Assembly (NCBI GenBank): GCA_038239265.1
Contig: JBBSEY010000001.1
Span: forward strand, 3,325 to 67,324
DNA length: 64,000 bases
Direction of reading: 5' to 3'
From: Gemmatimonadales bacterium
GTDB taxonomy: Bacteria > Gemmatimonadota > Gemmatimonadetes > Gemmatimonadales > Gemmatimonadaceae
This document shows, one piece after another, positions 54,890 through 64,000 of the stretch (position 1 is its first letter; each line of letters opens with the position of its first letter). Below the pieces are notes generated by a model. That model was not told where the DNA came from. It was given only the letters and a program-made list of their open reading frames with translations, and ran no database searches. The position numbers and the translations under genes are program-made.

Positions 54890-56725
54890 CTAGGCGGCAG
54901 TCTCGCGAATGACCTGATCCAGGGTGCAAATGCCCTTCATGACCTTGAGTAGCCCGTCCATGCGCAGCGTAAGCATCCCTTCCTCGACCGCGCCCTTCTG
55001 GATCTCGGCAGCGCCCACGCTCTGCATGACCAGCTTCCGGAGCTTCGGCGTCATCATCATGACCTCGTAGAGCCCCTGGCGCCCCTTGAGCCCCGTTCCG
55101 GCGCACGCATCGCACCCTCGGCCCCGGAAAAATGGCATCTGCGCGATTTTCGTGTCGAGATTGAAATCCTTCACGATCGGCGCAGCTTCCTTGGAGGCCA
55201 TGCGCTTCATGTTCTGGATCGCCTCTTCCGTATACGCCAGATCGCGGAAGCTCATCTCGGGCTTGAGCTTCGCCGCCGACATTTCGATCGCGTCGGGTTG
55301 ATACTGCGCACGGCACGTGCTGCAGATCTTTCGGACGAGTCGCTGCGCCAGCACGAGGTTGAGCGCGGACGCGACGTTGAACGGCTCGAGCCCCATGTCC
55401 ATGAGACGCGTCACCGTTTCAGGAGCGGAGTTCGTGTGCAGCGTCGACATGACGAGGTGGCCCGTGAGCGCCGCCTTGATGGCTATACCGCCGGTCTCCA
55501 GATCTCGAATCTCTCCGATCATGATGATGTTCGGGTCCTGACGAAGGAACGCCTTCAGCGATGCCGCGAAGGAGAGTCCGATGTCGGTGCGCACGAGCAC
55601 CTGGTTGATCCCGAAGATGTTGTACTCGACGGGATCTTCCGCCGTCATGATGTTGACGTCGATGTTGTTGACCTTCGACAGAGCCGAATACAGCGTGGTC
55701 GTCTTACCGGAACCGGTTGGCCCCGTGACGAGTACCATGCCGTACGGATTCGCCACCGCCTCCATCAGATCCGCTTCCGCGCGCGGCTCGATGCCGAACT
55801 TCTCGAGGTCGAGCGTCAGATTCCCCTTGTCGAGGATTCGGAGCACGATCTTCTCGCCGAAGAGCGTCGGCAGCGTCGACACGCGATAGTCGATGACCTT
55901 CTTGCCGATCTTGAGCTTGATGCGCCCATCCTGCGGCACGCGTCGCTCGGCGATGTTCAGGTTCGACATGATCTTGAAGCGCGAGATGAGCGCGGCCTTG
56001 AGCTTCATTGGCGGCTTCATCACTTCCTGGAGTGCGCCGTCGATGCGGTAGCGCACACGCATCTCGTGCTCGAAGCACTCGAAGTGGATGTCCGACGCGC
56101 CCTTCTTCACGGCGTCCGTCAGAATTCCGTTGATGAGCTTCACGACCGGTGCATCGTCGATCGCAGCCGCGAGCACGCTCGCATTGACTTCCTCTTCCTT
56201 CTCCTCCACGACCTCGACGTCGCCGTCGTTGTCGTCGATGTCGTTGAGGATGTTCTGCAGCGCATCGTCGGTATTCTCGCCGTAGTGCTTGTCGACGGCG
56301 TTGCGAAGGGTATACTCGCCCGCGATGACCGGGAAGATGTCGTAGCGGGTGATGAACTTGAGGTCGTCGATGACGCCGAGGTCGGATGGATCGGCCATCG
56401 CGACCGTGAGCGTGCGCCCTTCGCGCTTGAGCGGGAGCACCAGATGGCGCTGCGCCAGCTCGGCCGGGATCAGCTTCGCAATCCGTGCATCGACTTCGAA
56501 GTTCGTGAGGTCGACGGCGGGCATGCGGAACTGCCTCGCAAGCATGCGCGTGAGCTCCACCTCGTTGATGAAGCCGAGCTTCACGAGGTTGTAGCCGACG
56601 CGCATACCGGTGGTTTTCTGTTCCTGCAGCGCGCGGTCCAGCGCCTCGCGCGTGATGAGCCCCTCTCGCATGAGGAGATCACCGATGCGCTCACCCGCGG
56701 CTTGAGCAGCTGGAGCTACGGCCAT
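54890..56725 (-). CDS. pilB: type IV pilus assembly ATPase PilB (GspE family)
   Basis: 611 aa with an N-terminal T2SSE_N domain, Walker A GPTGSGKTT, and the tetracysteine motif CSTC...CDAC. Confidence 0.9.
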   Translation of the reverse strand: MAVAPAAQAAGERIGDLLMREGLITREALDRALQEQKTTGMRVGYNLVKLGFINEVELTRMLARQFRMPAVDLTNFEVDARIAKLIPAELAQRHLVLPLKREGRTLTVAMADPSDLGVIDDLKFITRYDIFPVIAGEYTLRNAVDKHYGENTDDALQNILNDIDDNDGDVEVVEEKEEEVNASVLAAAIDDAPVVKLINGILTDAVKKGASDIHFECFEHEMRVRYRIDGALQEVMKPPMKLKAALISRFKIMSNLNIAERRVPQDGRIKLKIGKKVIDYRVSTLPTLFGEKIVLRILDKGNLTLDLEKFGIEPRAEADLMEAVANPYGMVLVTGPTGSGKTTTLYSALSKVNNIDVNIMTAEDPVEYNIFGINQVLVRTDIGLSFAASLKAFLRQDPNIIMIGEIRDLETGGIAIKAALTGHLVMSTLHTNSAPETVTRLMDMGLEPFNVASALNLVLAQRLVRKICSTCRAQYQPDAIEMSAAKLKPEMSFRDLAYTEEAIQNMKRMASKEAAPIVKDFNLDTKIAQMPFFRGRGCDACAGTGLKGRQGLYEVMMMTPKLRKLVMQSVGAAEIQKGAVEEGMLTLRMDGLLKVMKGICTLDQVIRETAA

Positions 56726-56803
56726 GATTCTCGGAGGGGGGAACAGCGCCCGAGCAGCGTCGGCGACGCCACCCGGGCGGGGTCGTTTACTACTGCATGC
56801 GTA

Positions 56804-57445
56804 CTATTGTGATGGTGTCTGACGCTTACGCCGCGTCCCGCCGCGCTTAGCCGCTACCCCATCACCCTCTTTCTCACGGGATTGACGCGGTTGCTGGGAG
56901 AACGTCACGTAGGGCGTGATCGCATCGACTACCGCTTCACCGACCCCTTTTACACGTCTGAGCTCGTCCAACGACCCGAATGGACCAAGGGAATCCCGGT
57001 TCGCCAGAATGCGGCGCGCGAGCGTGGGTCCGATCTTGGGGAGCGACAGTATCTCCCACTCCTGAGCCCGGTCGAGATCGATCGGCCCGGCAGTTGAGAC
57101 CCCGATATCATGCGCTTGTTCGGCGCGATGCGGAAGGATCTTCATCCCCTTCTTACGCTTTCGAGACGGTGGGGCAGCGCTATCGGCGCTCGCTCGCGCG
57201 TCGGAACCATCGGAGGTCGATATCCCGACAACAACCGGTCGCTTCGACCGATGTCGCTTCCCTCCTCCGCTCCGCTCTACCGAGTCCGCGGAGTCCACCG
57301 CAACTATCTGACGGTGCAACTCTGCTCGCGCCGCCGCGCTCGGCGGCGGTTCGGCGCTGAGCGCCTTCGTTGCGCGAACCCCGGCGCCAAGCGTGAGCAT
57401 GGCGGAGAGAAACACGAGGGCGCGCTTTTCGGCTGGTGTGGGCAT
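56804..57445 (-). CDS. comEA: ComEA-family helix-hairpin-helix DNA-binding protein
   Basis: N-terminal anchor and a low-complexity linker. C-terminal tandem HhH: ILSLPKIGPTLARRIL...LDELRRVKGVGEAVVDAI. Confidence 0.75.
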   Translation of the reverse strand: MPTPAEKRALVFLSAMLTLGAGVRATKALSAEPPPSAAARAELHRQIVAVDSADSVERSGGGKRHRSKRPVVVGISTSDGSDARASADSAAPPSRKRKKGMKILPHRAEQAHDIGVSTAGPIDLDRAQEWEILSLPKIGPTLARRILANRDSLGPFGSLDELRRVKGVGEAVVDAITPYVTFSQQPRQSREKEGDGVAAKRGGTRRKRQTPSQ

Positions 57446-57567
57446 GCGCCAAGATCGCGCGAGGCGGGTTGCCTCCAGTCATCCAAATATCGCTCCACTC
57501 GCCGAACGCGCGCGTAGCACAAGTTGTCAACATCTGGAAAAACACACAAAAAACCGACCGAGGGCAC

Positions 57568-57637
57568 GGACAAAAACGGATGGCTCCTCGCTGCGAAGAG
57601 CTCACATACGCCAGAGGAGCAATCCGTTTTTTTGTCC
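57568..57637. terminator. compound A-tract/T-tract hairpin (bidirectional intrinsic terminator-like) after the M28 gene
   Basis: GGACAAAAACGGAT-G-GCTCCTC...GAGGAGC-A-ATCCGTTTTTTTGTCC. On the minus strand the stem is followed by TTTTT. It sits in a lower-GC 249-nt spacer. Confidence 0.55.
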
Positions 57638-57694
57638 GTCCCCGTCCGTTGTTGCGACTCTCACGCTTCTATCAGCACCCGGAAAGTGGTGTCG

Positions 57695-58609
57695 CTACTT
57701 CGACGTCAGCAACCCCGTCGCCACATCGCCTACTATCTGTAGCGACTGCGCGGAGATCTTGTCGAAGGTGTCGTCCGGGGTGTGGTGGGCCGGGTAGTCG
57801 AAGTCGATCACATCGATCGTGCGAATGCCGGCGTCGAGCAGCGGCACATGGTCGTCAGTGATGCCCTGGTTGCTCGGGCTGTTGATGAAATAGCGCGAGT
57901 AGCCGAGCGCCTGCGCCTGATTCCACACGAGCGAAACCACTTCCGGTGCGCGGTTGAGCGAGATCGGTTCCTGGTAGATGTTGAGATCCTTGTCGCCGAT
58001 CATGTCCCAGAGCACCGCGTAGAGTGGCTTGTAGTCGAGGGACGGGAGGTGCGTCGCGAAGTACTTCGAGCCGAGAAGTACATCCGGTCCACTGAAGTCC
58101 TCTCCATAGTCCTCCCCGTCCACGAAAAGCAGGTCGACACCGACGTTCGCAGGCGTCTTCCTCAGTGCATCGCCCAGCGCGATCAGGAGTGCGACACCCG
58201 ATGCACCATCGTTCGCTCCCGGCATCGGCAGCTTCCTGCGCACGGGATCGCTCGCCTGGTCGGAGACCGGACGCGTGTCCCAGTGCGTGAGGTAAAGCAC
58301 GCGCTGCGCGGACGCCGGATGGATGCGTGCGAGGATGTTGCGGAGGTGAAGCGTGTCCCCCTTCGCCGTGACGTGATCGAAGCGCTGCTCGATCACCGTG
58401 TCCGCGCGCGTTTTCATCTGCGTAACGATCCAGTCGCCCGTGCGCTGCGCCCCGATCGAGTTCGGGATGCGTGTCCCGAAGTCGAGCTGCGTCTTGGCGT
58501 ACGCGAGCGCAGCGTTGCCGTCGAACGCGGTGTGTGGGCGGTCCGATTTGCAGGCGACGACCAGCGCGGCGACGGCTAGCAGAGCGAGTATGGAACGTGA
58601 CGTACGCAC
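57695..58609 (-). CDS. M28-family peptidase (glutaminyl-cyclase-like) lipoprotein
   Basis: GTG 58609 (VRTSRSILALLAVAALVVACKS, lipobox). Zinc ligand motifs HWDT, NDGASGVA, DGEDYG, HTPDD. The start choice is tentative; the ORF opens at 58735. Confidence 0.8.
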   Translation of the reverse strand: MRTSRSILALLAVAALVVACKSDRPHTAFDGNAALAYAKTQLDFGTRIPNSIGAQRTGDWIVTQMKTRADTVIEQRFDHVTAKGDTLHLRNILARIHPASAQRVLYLTHWDTRPVSDQASDPVRRKLPMPGANDGASGVALLIALGDALRKTPANVGVDLLFVDGEDYGEDFSGPDVLLGSKYFATHLPSLDYKPLYAVLWDMIGDKDLNIYQEPISLNRAPEVVSLVWNQAQALGYSRYFINSPSNQGITDDHVPLLDAGIRTIDVIDFDYPAHHTPDDTFDKISAQSLQIVGDVATGLLTSK

Positions 58610-58752
58610 TAGGACTCGGCGGGCGAGGGTTGAAGTCGTCTTAAGATAGTAGGGGCTCTGAACTTCGGCTCTGGCGCCGAGGGCTGCAGAAGCGCTTAGA
58701 TTTCTCCATCCCCAGTCTATCGCGCCCCGCCACACCCTCCGCTGCCGAGCCG

Positions 58753-60699
58753 TTGAAGCTCCTCACCCGCTACATCCTGCGCGAGCAGTTCGGTCCGCTC
58801 GTTTTCGCGCTGTCATCGCTCACCGCGCTGCTCCTGTTGCAGCAGGTGGCGAAGCAGTTCGGAAATCTCGTGGGCAAGGGGCTCGGCTGGGGCGTGATCG
58901 GAGAGTTCTTCCTACTCTCCATCCCGTTCATCATTGCGATGACGATGCCGATGGGTGTGCTCGTGGCGGTGCTGTACGCGTTCAGCCGGCTCACCGCCGA
59001 AAACGAGATCACGGCACTCCGCGCGAGCGGAATCTCCGTAATGCGCCTCGTTCGTCCCGCGATCCTCTTCGGCGCGACGCTCGGGCTGCTCATGCTCGTG
59101 TTCAACGATCAGGTGCTCCCGCGCAGCAACCACCGCCTGCGCACGCTGCAGACGGACATCGCGCGCAAGAAGCCGACGTTCGCTCTGCGCGAGCAGGTGA
59201 TCAACGAGGTGATGCCGGGGAAGCTCTTCCTGCGCACGAGCCACATTGATGAGTCGACCGACCGCTTGCGTGAGGTCACGATTTACAACTTCGATGACCC
59301 CGAGCGCCGCAAGACGATCTACTCCGACTCGGGCGTGATGGGGATGACGCCGGACCAGAAGGATCTGCAGATGACGCTGCACGACGGCTACATGCAGCAG
59401 ATCCCGCGCGACAACCTCGGCGAGCTCACGCGGTTGTACTTCCGGACGGATCTCGTGCGCGTGCGCGGGGTGGGCAACCGCTTCGAGCAGACGGAGAAGG
59501 ACGACTACAAGTCCGAGCGCGAGATGTCCGTGTGCGAGATGGCGAAGGGGCTCGAGGATGGGAATCAGGATCTCGACCAGGCGCGCGCGACGCTCGCGAG
59601 TACGCTGGCCGCCGCGACGCATTACCTGGCGACGGGAGAGCAGCTCGCGCCGGTGAAGGCGCCGAAGCCCGCGATTCGGATGACTGCGGGCGGTTTGTAT
59701 TGCAAGCTCGTAATGCCGATCTTCGGAAATCCGGCGATCGCAGACACCGACAGCGCGCTCGCGGCGCCGACGCCGGCGATCGCAGCCACGGCGCTCGCGA
59801 AAAAGCCGGAAACCACGACCGTCGCTTCCGCCGCGCCGAGCTCGGGACTGGTGAACCGCGGCTTTCGCGCGCCGCCGCAGGCGAGTGGCTCGCCGAATCG
59901 GATGCCGCAATTCGGACAGAACGGGAAGGCGCCCGTACGCGGCGGCTTTCGCGCACCACCCGGAAGCCCGCTCGCACAGAAGGGACGCGTCGCCACCGGC
60001 AATGCGCGCAATGGCGCCCCGGTACAGATCTATGCGCCGAGCAGCGGGATGGCGCAGGGGATGGGGGTGCCCCCGAGCAGCGGAATGACCGCAGCGACCG
60101 CGGCGGAGGCGATGGCGAGGCAGGGGGCCGCGACGACTTCGATCGCGCAGCTCCCCGGCACCGGCACCGCAGGACATGGGCGCGGCTTCGATGCGCCGCC
60201 GGGCGCGCCGAGTCCGTTCACGAGTCCGTCGTATCTGTTGAGCTCCGCGGCGCAGATCGAGGTCATGAAGGCGCGCGTCCATGACTCCGAGGTGACGATG
60301 AGCCGCTACTCGGTGGAGATTCAGAAGAAGTTCGCACTCGCGACCGCGTGCGTGGTCTTCGTGCTGCTCGGCGCACCCATCGGCATTCGCTTTCCGCGCG
60401 GCGGAGTCGGGCTCGTGATCGGCGTCAGCATCGGCGTGTTCGCGATCTACTACGTGGGATTGATCGTGGGAGAGGATCTCGCGAACAAGCTCATACTCGA
60501 TCCGGTCATCGCGATGTGGATGGCGAACGTGCTCCTGACGGTGGTTGGCGTGTTCGGACTCATTCGCGTACAGCGCAGCGGCGGCTCGGCGCGCGGCGGC
60601 GAGGCTTCGGAGCGGTTCGACTCCTTTCGTACGTGGCTCGGGAAGCGCTTTCGTCGGACAGGCGTGCGCGCCGAACGCCGGAGCCGCGCGACCGCGTGA
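58753..60699 (+). CDS. LptF/LptG-family LPS export permease with ~200-aa low-complexity insertion
   Basis: TTG start. N-terminus MKLLTRYILREQFGPLVFAL with three TM helices, then a periplasmic domain. An Ala/Pro/Gly-rich insert covers about residues 295-495. The final three TM helices begin at KKFALATACVVFVLLGAPIG. Confidence 0.85.
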   Translation: MKLLTRYILREQFGPLVFALSSLTALLLLQQVAKQFGNLVGKGLGWGVIGEFFLLSIPFIIAMTMPMGVLVAVLYAFSRLTAENEITALRASGISVMRLVRPAILFGATLGLLMLVFNDQVLPRSNHRLRTLQTDIARKKPTFALREQVINEVMPGKLFLRTSHIDESTDRLREVTIYNFDDPERRKTIYSDSGVMGMTPDQKDLQMTLHDGYMQQIPRDNLGELTRLYFRTDLVRVRGVGNRFEQTEKDDYKSEREMSVCEMAKGLEDGNQDLDQARATLASTLAAATHYLATGEQLAPVKAPKPAIRMTAGGLYCKLVMPIFGNPAIADTDSALAAPTPAIAATALAKKPETTTVASAAPSSGLVNRGFRAPPQASGSPNRMPQFGQNGKAPVRGGFRAPPGSPLAQKGRVATGNARNGAPVQIYAPSSGMAQGMGVPPSSGMTAATAAEAMARQGAATTSIAQLPGTGTAGHGRGFDAPPGAPSPFTSPSYLLSSAAQIEVMKARVHDSEVTMSRYSVEIQKKFALATACVVFVLLGAPIGIRFPRGGVGLVIGVSIGVFAIYYVGLIVGEDLANKLILDPVIAMWMANVLLTVVGVFGLIRVQRSGGSARGGEASERFDSFRTWLGKRFRRTGVRAERRSRATA

Positions 60700-61781
60700 A
60701 GGTACTTCTCCCCCTCGACCGATACGTAGCGACGGAGTTCACCAAGATCTTCATCACGACGGCGCTCGGCTTTCCGCTGCTCGTGATCGTGATCGACCTG
60801 ACCGATCGCCTGGGCAAGTATCTCAATCGCCATCTGACGCCGGAACAGATCGCGATGGCGTACGTCTACTGGTTTCCCGAGTCGATCTACATGGTGCTCC
60901 CGGCCGCGGTGCTGTTCGCGACCGTATTCACGATCGGATCGCTGACACGACATTCGGAGCTCACCGCGGCGAAGGCGTCGGGGATCAGCTTCTACCGATT
61001 GCTCGTGCCGATCTTCGGCGGAGCGGCGATCGTGATGATGTGCGCCTTCGCGCTCGGCGAGCTCGTTCCCATTTCCGACATCAAGCGCAATGAGCTGCTG
61101 GAGGAGGGGCGCTACAAGCCGGGAAACGAGCGCTACAATTTCGCGTACAGCGCGCCGAAGGGGCGCGTCTATAAGATTGCGGCGCTGAACGTGGAGCGGC
61201 GGCTCATCGACAATCTCGAGGTCGAGCGGCGCGGGCGAGGGCCGGACTATCCGACGTATCTGCTCGCGGCGCGCACGGCGAACTACGATACGACGCACAA
61301 GCAGTGGACGCTCAAGGCGGGAGACCTGCACATTCTTCCGGACTCGACGCGCAACTACGCGATTCAGTTCGACAGCGTACGCGACGCCGACTTTCGCGAG
61401 GCGCCGATCGATCTGACGTCCGCGCCGAAGAGCCCGGAGCAGATGGGCTTTCGCGAGCTGAGGCGGTTCATCCGGTCGCTGGAGCGGTCCGGGGCGGACT
61501 CGAACGAGATCAAGGTCGAGCTGTCGCTCAAGATCGCAATCCCCGTGGCGTGCGTCATCATCGTCTTCTTCGGCGCGCCCCTTGCCACTAGCACCCAGCG
61601 GGGAGGCACTGCGTTCGGCATCGGCATCAGCCTCGCGACCACCATCATTTATCTCATGCTCATTCAGCTCACCAAGGCGGTTGGCGAGGGTGGCGCGATT
61701 CCGCCGTATCTGGCGGCGTGGATACCCAACATGATCTTCGGAGCCATTGGCGTGGTGCTGCTCGCACGGGTGCGCACGTGA
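60696..61781 (+). CDS. LptF/LptG-family LPS export permease
   Basis: GTG 60696 overlaps the upstream TGA (GTGA). N-terminus VKVLLPLDRYVATEFTKIFITTALGFPLL. Standard 3+3 TM layout with a periplasmic domain. Confidence 0.85.
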   Translation: MKVLLPLDRYVATEFTKIFITTALGFPLLVIVIDLTDRLGKYLNRHLTPEQIAMAYVYWFPESIYMVLPAAVLFATVFTIGSLTRHSELTAAKASGISFYRLLVPIFGGAAIVMMCAFALGELVPISDIKRNELLEEGRYKPGNERYNFAYSAPKGRVYKIAALNVERRLIDNLEVERRGRGPDYPTYLLAARTANYDTTHKQWTLKAGDLHILPDSTRNYAIQFDSVRDADFREAPIDLTSAPKSPEQMGFRELRRFIRSLERSGADSNEIKVELSLKIAIPVACVIIVFFGAPLATSTQRGGTAFGIGISLATTIIYLMLIQLTKAVGEGGAIPPYLAAWIPNMIFGAIGVVLLARVRT

Positions 61782-62617
61782 GCGCGACGCTCTTTCCGGA
61801 AGACACGACGGCGGCGCCAACGGGCTATTGGATCTTCGGCCGTCTCTTCCGCTTCATCGGTCGCGGAACGATGTCGCTCTTCGGACAATTCGGAGAGCGC
61901 GTACTCTTCCATCGCGACTTCTTCCGCGCGCTGATGGAGCCGAAGACGTATCTGCCGCTCACGATCACGCAGATGCGGCAGATCGGCGTCGACTCGGTGC
62001 CGCTCGTCGCGACCGTTGCCGCGTTCATCGGGGCGGTCACCGCATATCAGACGACGTACCAGCTCTTTCCCGGGGTGCAGTTCTCCGTGGTGGGATGGAT
62101 CACGAGGCAAAGTATCGTGCTGGAGCTCGGGCCGCTGCTCACGGCGCTGGTGCTCGCTGGGCGCATCGGCGCGAAGATGACGGCGGAGATCGGGACGATG
62201 CGCGTGACAGAGCAGATCGATGCGCTCGAGACGCTCGCCTACGATCCCGTCGCCTATCTCATGGTGCCACGCGTGATCGCGGGGGTGACGATGGTGCCAC
62301 TCCTGACGATCATTGCCATCGCCGTCGGCATCGTGGCGGGCGGGCTGGCGGTGATCGGCGCGACCGATGTGCGGCTCGCGGATTATACGGCCGGCCTCCA
62401 CCTCACGTTCAACACTTTCCAGATCTGGTACGCGCTGATCAAGGCGACGCTCTTCGGCGGCGCCATCGCCATGACGTGCTCGTACGAGGGATTCATAACG
62501 GGATCGGGGGCCGAGGGTGTGGGCCGCTCGACCGCGCGCGCCGTCGTCATCTCCTCCGTGGTGATCCTGCTCCTGGATGCGCTCACGGCTCTCTACCTTG
62601 CAACAGAGATCCAATGA
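61778..62617 (+). CDS. mlaE: MlaE-family ABC permease
   Basis: GTG 61778 overlaps the upstream TGA. Motifs QMRQIGVDSVPLV, GPLLTALVLAGRIGA and EIGTMRVTEQIDAL are typical of MlaE. Confidence 0.85.
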   Translation: MSATLFPEDTTAAPTGYWIFGRLFRFIGRGTMSLFGQFGERVLFHRDFFRALMEPKTYLPLTITQMRQIGVDSVPLVATVAAFIGAVTAYQTTYQLFPGVQFSVVGWITRQSIVLELGPLLTALVLAGRIGAKMTAEIGTMRVTEQIDALETLAYDPVAYLMVPRVIAGVTMVPLLTIIAIAVGIVAGGLAVIGATDVRLADYTAGLHLTFNTFQIWYALIKATLFGGAIAMTCSYEGFITGSGAEGVGRSTARAVVISSVVILLLDALTALYLATEIQ

Positions 62618-63567
62618 CCAAACAACGGGACGAAGTCGTCGTCGGCATCTTCACCATCATCGCCGTGATCGTGGCGATCAGCGGAACGCTCTGGCTGGCG
62701 CGGCGGGGATTCAGCAAATCGTACATCGAGTACACGCGCTTCGCCTGGGGGCAGAATGTGAAGCCGGGACAGCCCGTGAATCTCGCGGGGGTGCAGGTGG
62801 GATACGTCGACGCGGTGGAGCTCGACGAAACGGGATTCCTGAACGTGCGGCTCAGTATCGACAAGCAGCGCAAGATCCCCTCGGGGACGACTGCGACCGT
62901 GACGAACGAGGGCTTCTTCGGCGACAAGTCGATCTCGCTCACGCCGTGTGCCGCAGCGCCCGGGCCGGTGTCTGCGGACACGTCGGTACGAACCGCTGCG
63001 ACGCCGCTTACTCCGACGTGCCACTTCAATGGGTTCCTCCGGCCGAACGATTCGATTCCTGCGGGGCGCGCGGCGCCGTCGATGGACATGCTGCTCATGC
63101 GCGTCGACAGTGTGAGCAGTTCGCTCTCCGATGTCGCGAAGACGGTCAAGATCGAGTTCGTGCAGGAGGGGGGGATTCAGGATCTTCGCAAGACGATCGC
63201 GTCGACGAACGCGCTCGTGCAGCAGCTCAACACCGTGGCGGCGGCGCAATCGCGCGGGCTCACGCTCACGATGAACGCGGTGCGGAGCCGCGTGTCGGCA
63301 ATCGACTCGATGGCGCTCGACTCGACCGTCCGCAACATGCAGTCGACGACACGCAATCTGTCGACGCTGACGAGCAATCTCGACTCGACGACGAAGAAGC
63401 TGGACGCGGTGATGACGCAGCTGCAGACGGGGAACGGCACGGCGGCCAAATTCCTGAACGATCCCGGCGTCTACAACAACCTGCACGAGCTGCTCGGCCG
63501 CATGGACTCGCTGGTGACGGACATCAAGGCGAATCCGAAGCGGTACATCAACGTGAAGGTATTCTAG
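62614..63567 (+). CDS. mlaD: MlaD/MCE-family substrate-binding protein with long helical C-terminus
   Basis: ATG 62614 overlaps the mlaE TGA (ATGA). N-terminal TM anchor, MCE core PVNLAGVQVGYVDAVEL, and a C-terminal helical region ending PKRYINVKVF. Confidence 0.85.
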   Translation: MTKQRDEVVVGIFTIIAVIVAISGTLWLARRGFSKSYIEYTRFAWGQNVKPGQPVNLAGVQVGYVDAVELDETGFLNVRLSIDKQRKIPSGTTATVTNEGFFGDKSISLTPCAAAPGPVSADTSVRTAATPLTPTCHFNGFLRPNDSIPAGRAAPSMDMLLMRVDSVSSSLSDVAKTVKIEFVQEGGIQDLRKTIASTNALVQQLNTVAAAQSRGLTLTMNAVRSRVSAIDSMALDSTVRNMQSTTRNLSTLTSNLDSTTKKLDAVMTQLQTGNGTAAKFLNDPGVYNNLHELLGRMDSLVTDIKANPKRYINVKVF

Positions 63568-63594
63568 AGCCGTGAGCTCACGCCGCGTCGATTC

Positions 63595-64000
63595 ATGACG
63601 GCGGACGAGCTCAGGTCGCTCGAAGGCTTTGCCGCGCTGTCGGACAGGGCCGCGGCGGCGCTCGTCGCCAATGCGCGAACCCGCAGCTTCGGCGCAGGCG
63701 AGTCGTTGTTTCGAGAGGGTGATGCGGCGTCGGGGATCTTCATCGTGCTCGATGGAGAAGTGCGCGTGATTCGCGTGTCGCGCGGGCGGCGGCATGTCTT
63801 TCACACCGAGCGACGCGGCGGCACGCTCGGCGAGGCTCCCTTCTTCGACGGCGCCCCATACCCGGCAACCGCGATGGCACAGGCGCCGGCCGAGACTCTC
63901 TATCTCGACCGCGAAAGCTTTGGCCGGGCGAATGGAGCGTCGCCGGAGCTCGCGATCTTCTTTCTCTCACGATTGGCCGGGCGCGTGCGCGTGCTGCTGG
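63595..64000 (+). CDS. Crp/Fnr-family regulator, cNMP-binding domain, 3' end cut by window edge
   Basis: My own translation from ATG 63595: MTADELRSLEGFAALSD...GESLFREGDAASGIFIVLDGEVRV...GTLGEAPFFDG. It is open to the end of the window and is not in the ORF track because no stop is present. Confidence 0.75.
   Translation, partial: MTADELRSLEGFAALSDRAAAALVANARTRSFGAGESLFREGDAASGIFIVLDGEVRVIRVSRGRRHVFHTERRGGTLGEAPFFDGAPYPATAMAQAPAETLYLDRESFGRANGASPELAIFFLSRLAGRVRVLL

Noticed and set aside
58912-61820. Two long - strand ORFs (58912-60282 and 60450-61820)
   Set aside because: They are antisense to the Lpt permease genes. They are Arg/His-rich without TM or domain features, while the sense strand encodes recognisable permeases.

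Overview
GC-rich (about two-thirds G+C by eye), densely coding 64-kb stretch of a diderm bacterial chromosome. The diderm call rests on an Omp85-type barrel, LptF/LptG-type permeases, MlaE/MlaD and type IV pilus genes. The style resembles Gemmatimonadota/Acidobacteriota-like genomes, but the taxon cannot be verified without a search. I support about 56 protein-coding genes, and many are chained by 4-nt ATGA/GTGA stop-start overlaps. I found no rRNA, tRNA, CRISPR array, transposase, integrase or prophage signature, so this looks like core or accessory chromosome rather than a mobile island. All family calls are from motif recognition by eye; no search was run. Order of content: (1) a DUF4129-DUF4350-MoxR-DUF58 cassette, convergent with an RDD::SpoIIM fusion and an M20 peptidase; (2) an M16 peptidase and a DUF3857/transglutaminase protein; (3) a six-gene coupled operon led by an orphan PAS histidine kinase that ends in envelope glycoconjugate enzymes, next to a GT87 membrane protein; (4) an Omp85-like barrel, a His/Met-rich barrel, a small Cys-containing protein and a frameshifted secreted protein; (5) an aldo/keto reductase and a lipoprotein carrying three 282-bp PKD-like repeats; (6) PAP2, GT4 and a CarH/LitR-type B12-binding MerR regulator; (7) a beta-lactamase-fold hydrolase and a MacAB-like ABC efflux set; (8) an amidohydrolase, an SDR with two tiny membrane ORFs, and two DoxX paralogs; (9) a large LuxR-family (LAL) regulator interrupted by a stop and a frameshift; (10) cupin and GlsB; (11) a MerR-vWA pair with a textbook MerR promoter; (12) a cytochrome c::outer-membrane-barrel fusion overlapping a pentaheme cytochrome; (13) pilB-pilT-pilC, comEA and an M28 peptidase; (14) an LptF/G-MlaE-MlaD chain and the start of a Crp/Fnr gene. 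The most interesting candidate for an undescribed system is the cytochrome c-porin fusion plus pentaheme pair at 49165-52019. The adjacent MerR-vWA unit, the CarH-like unit and several gene-integrity anomalies are secondary leads.
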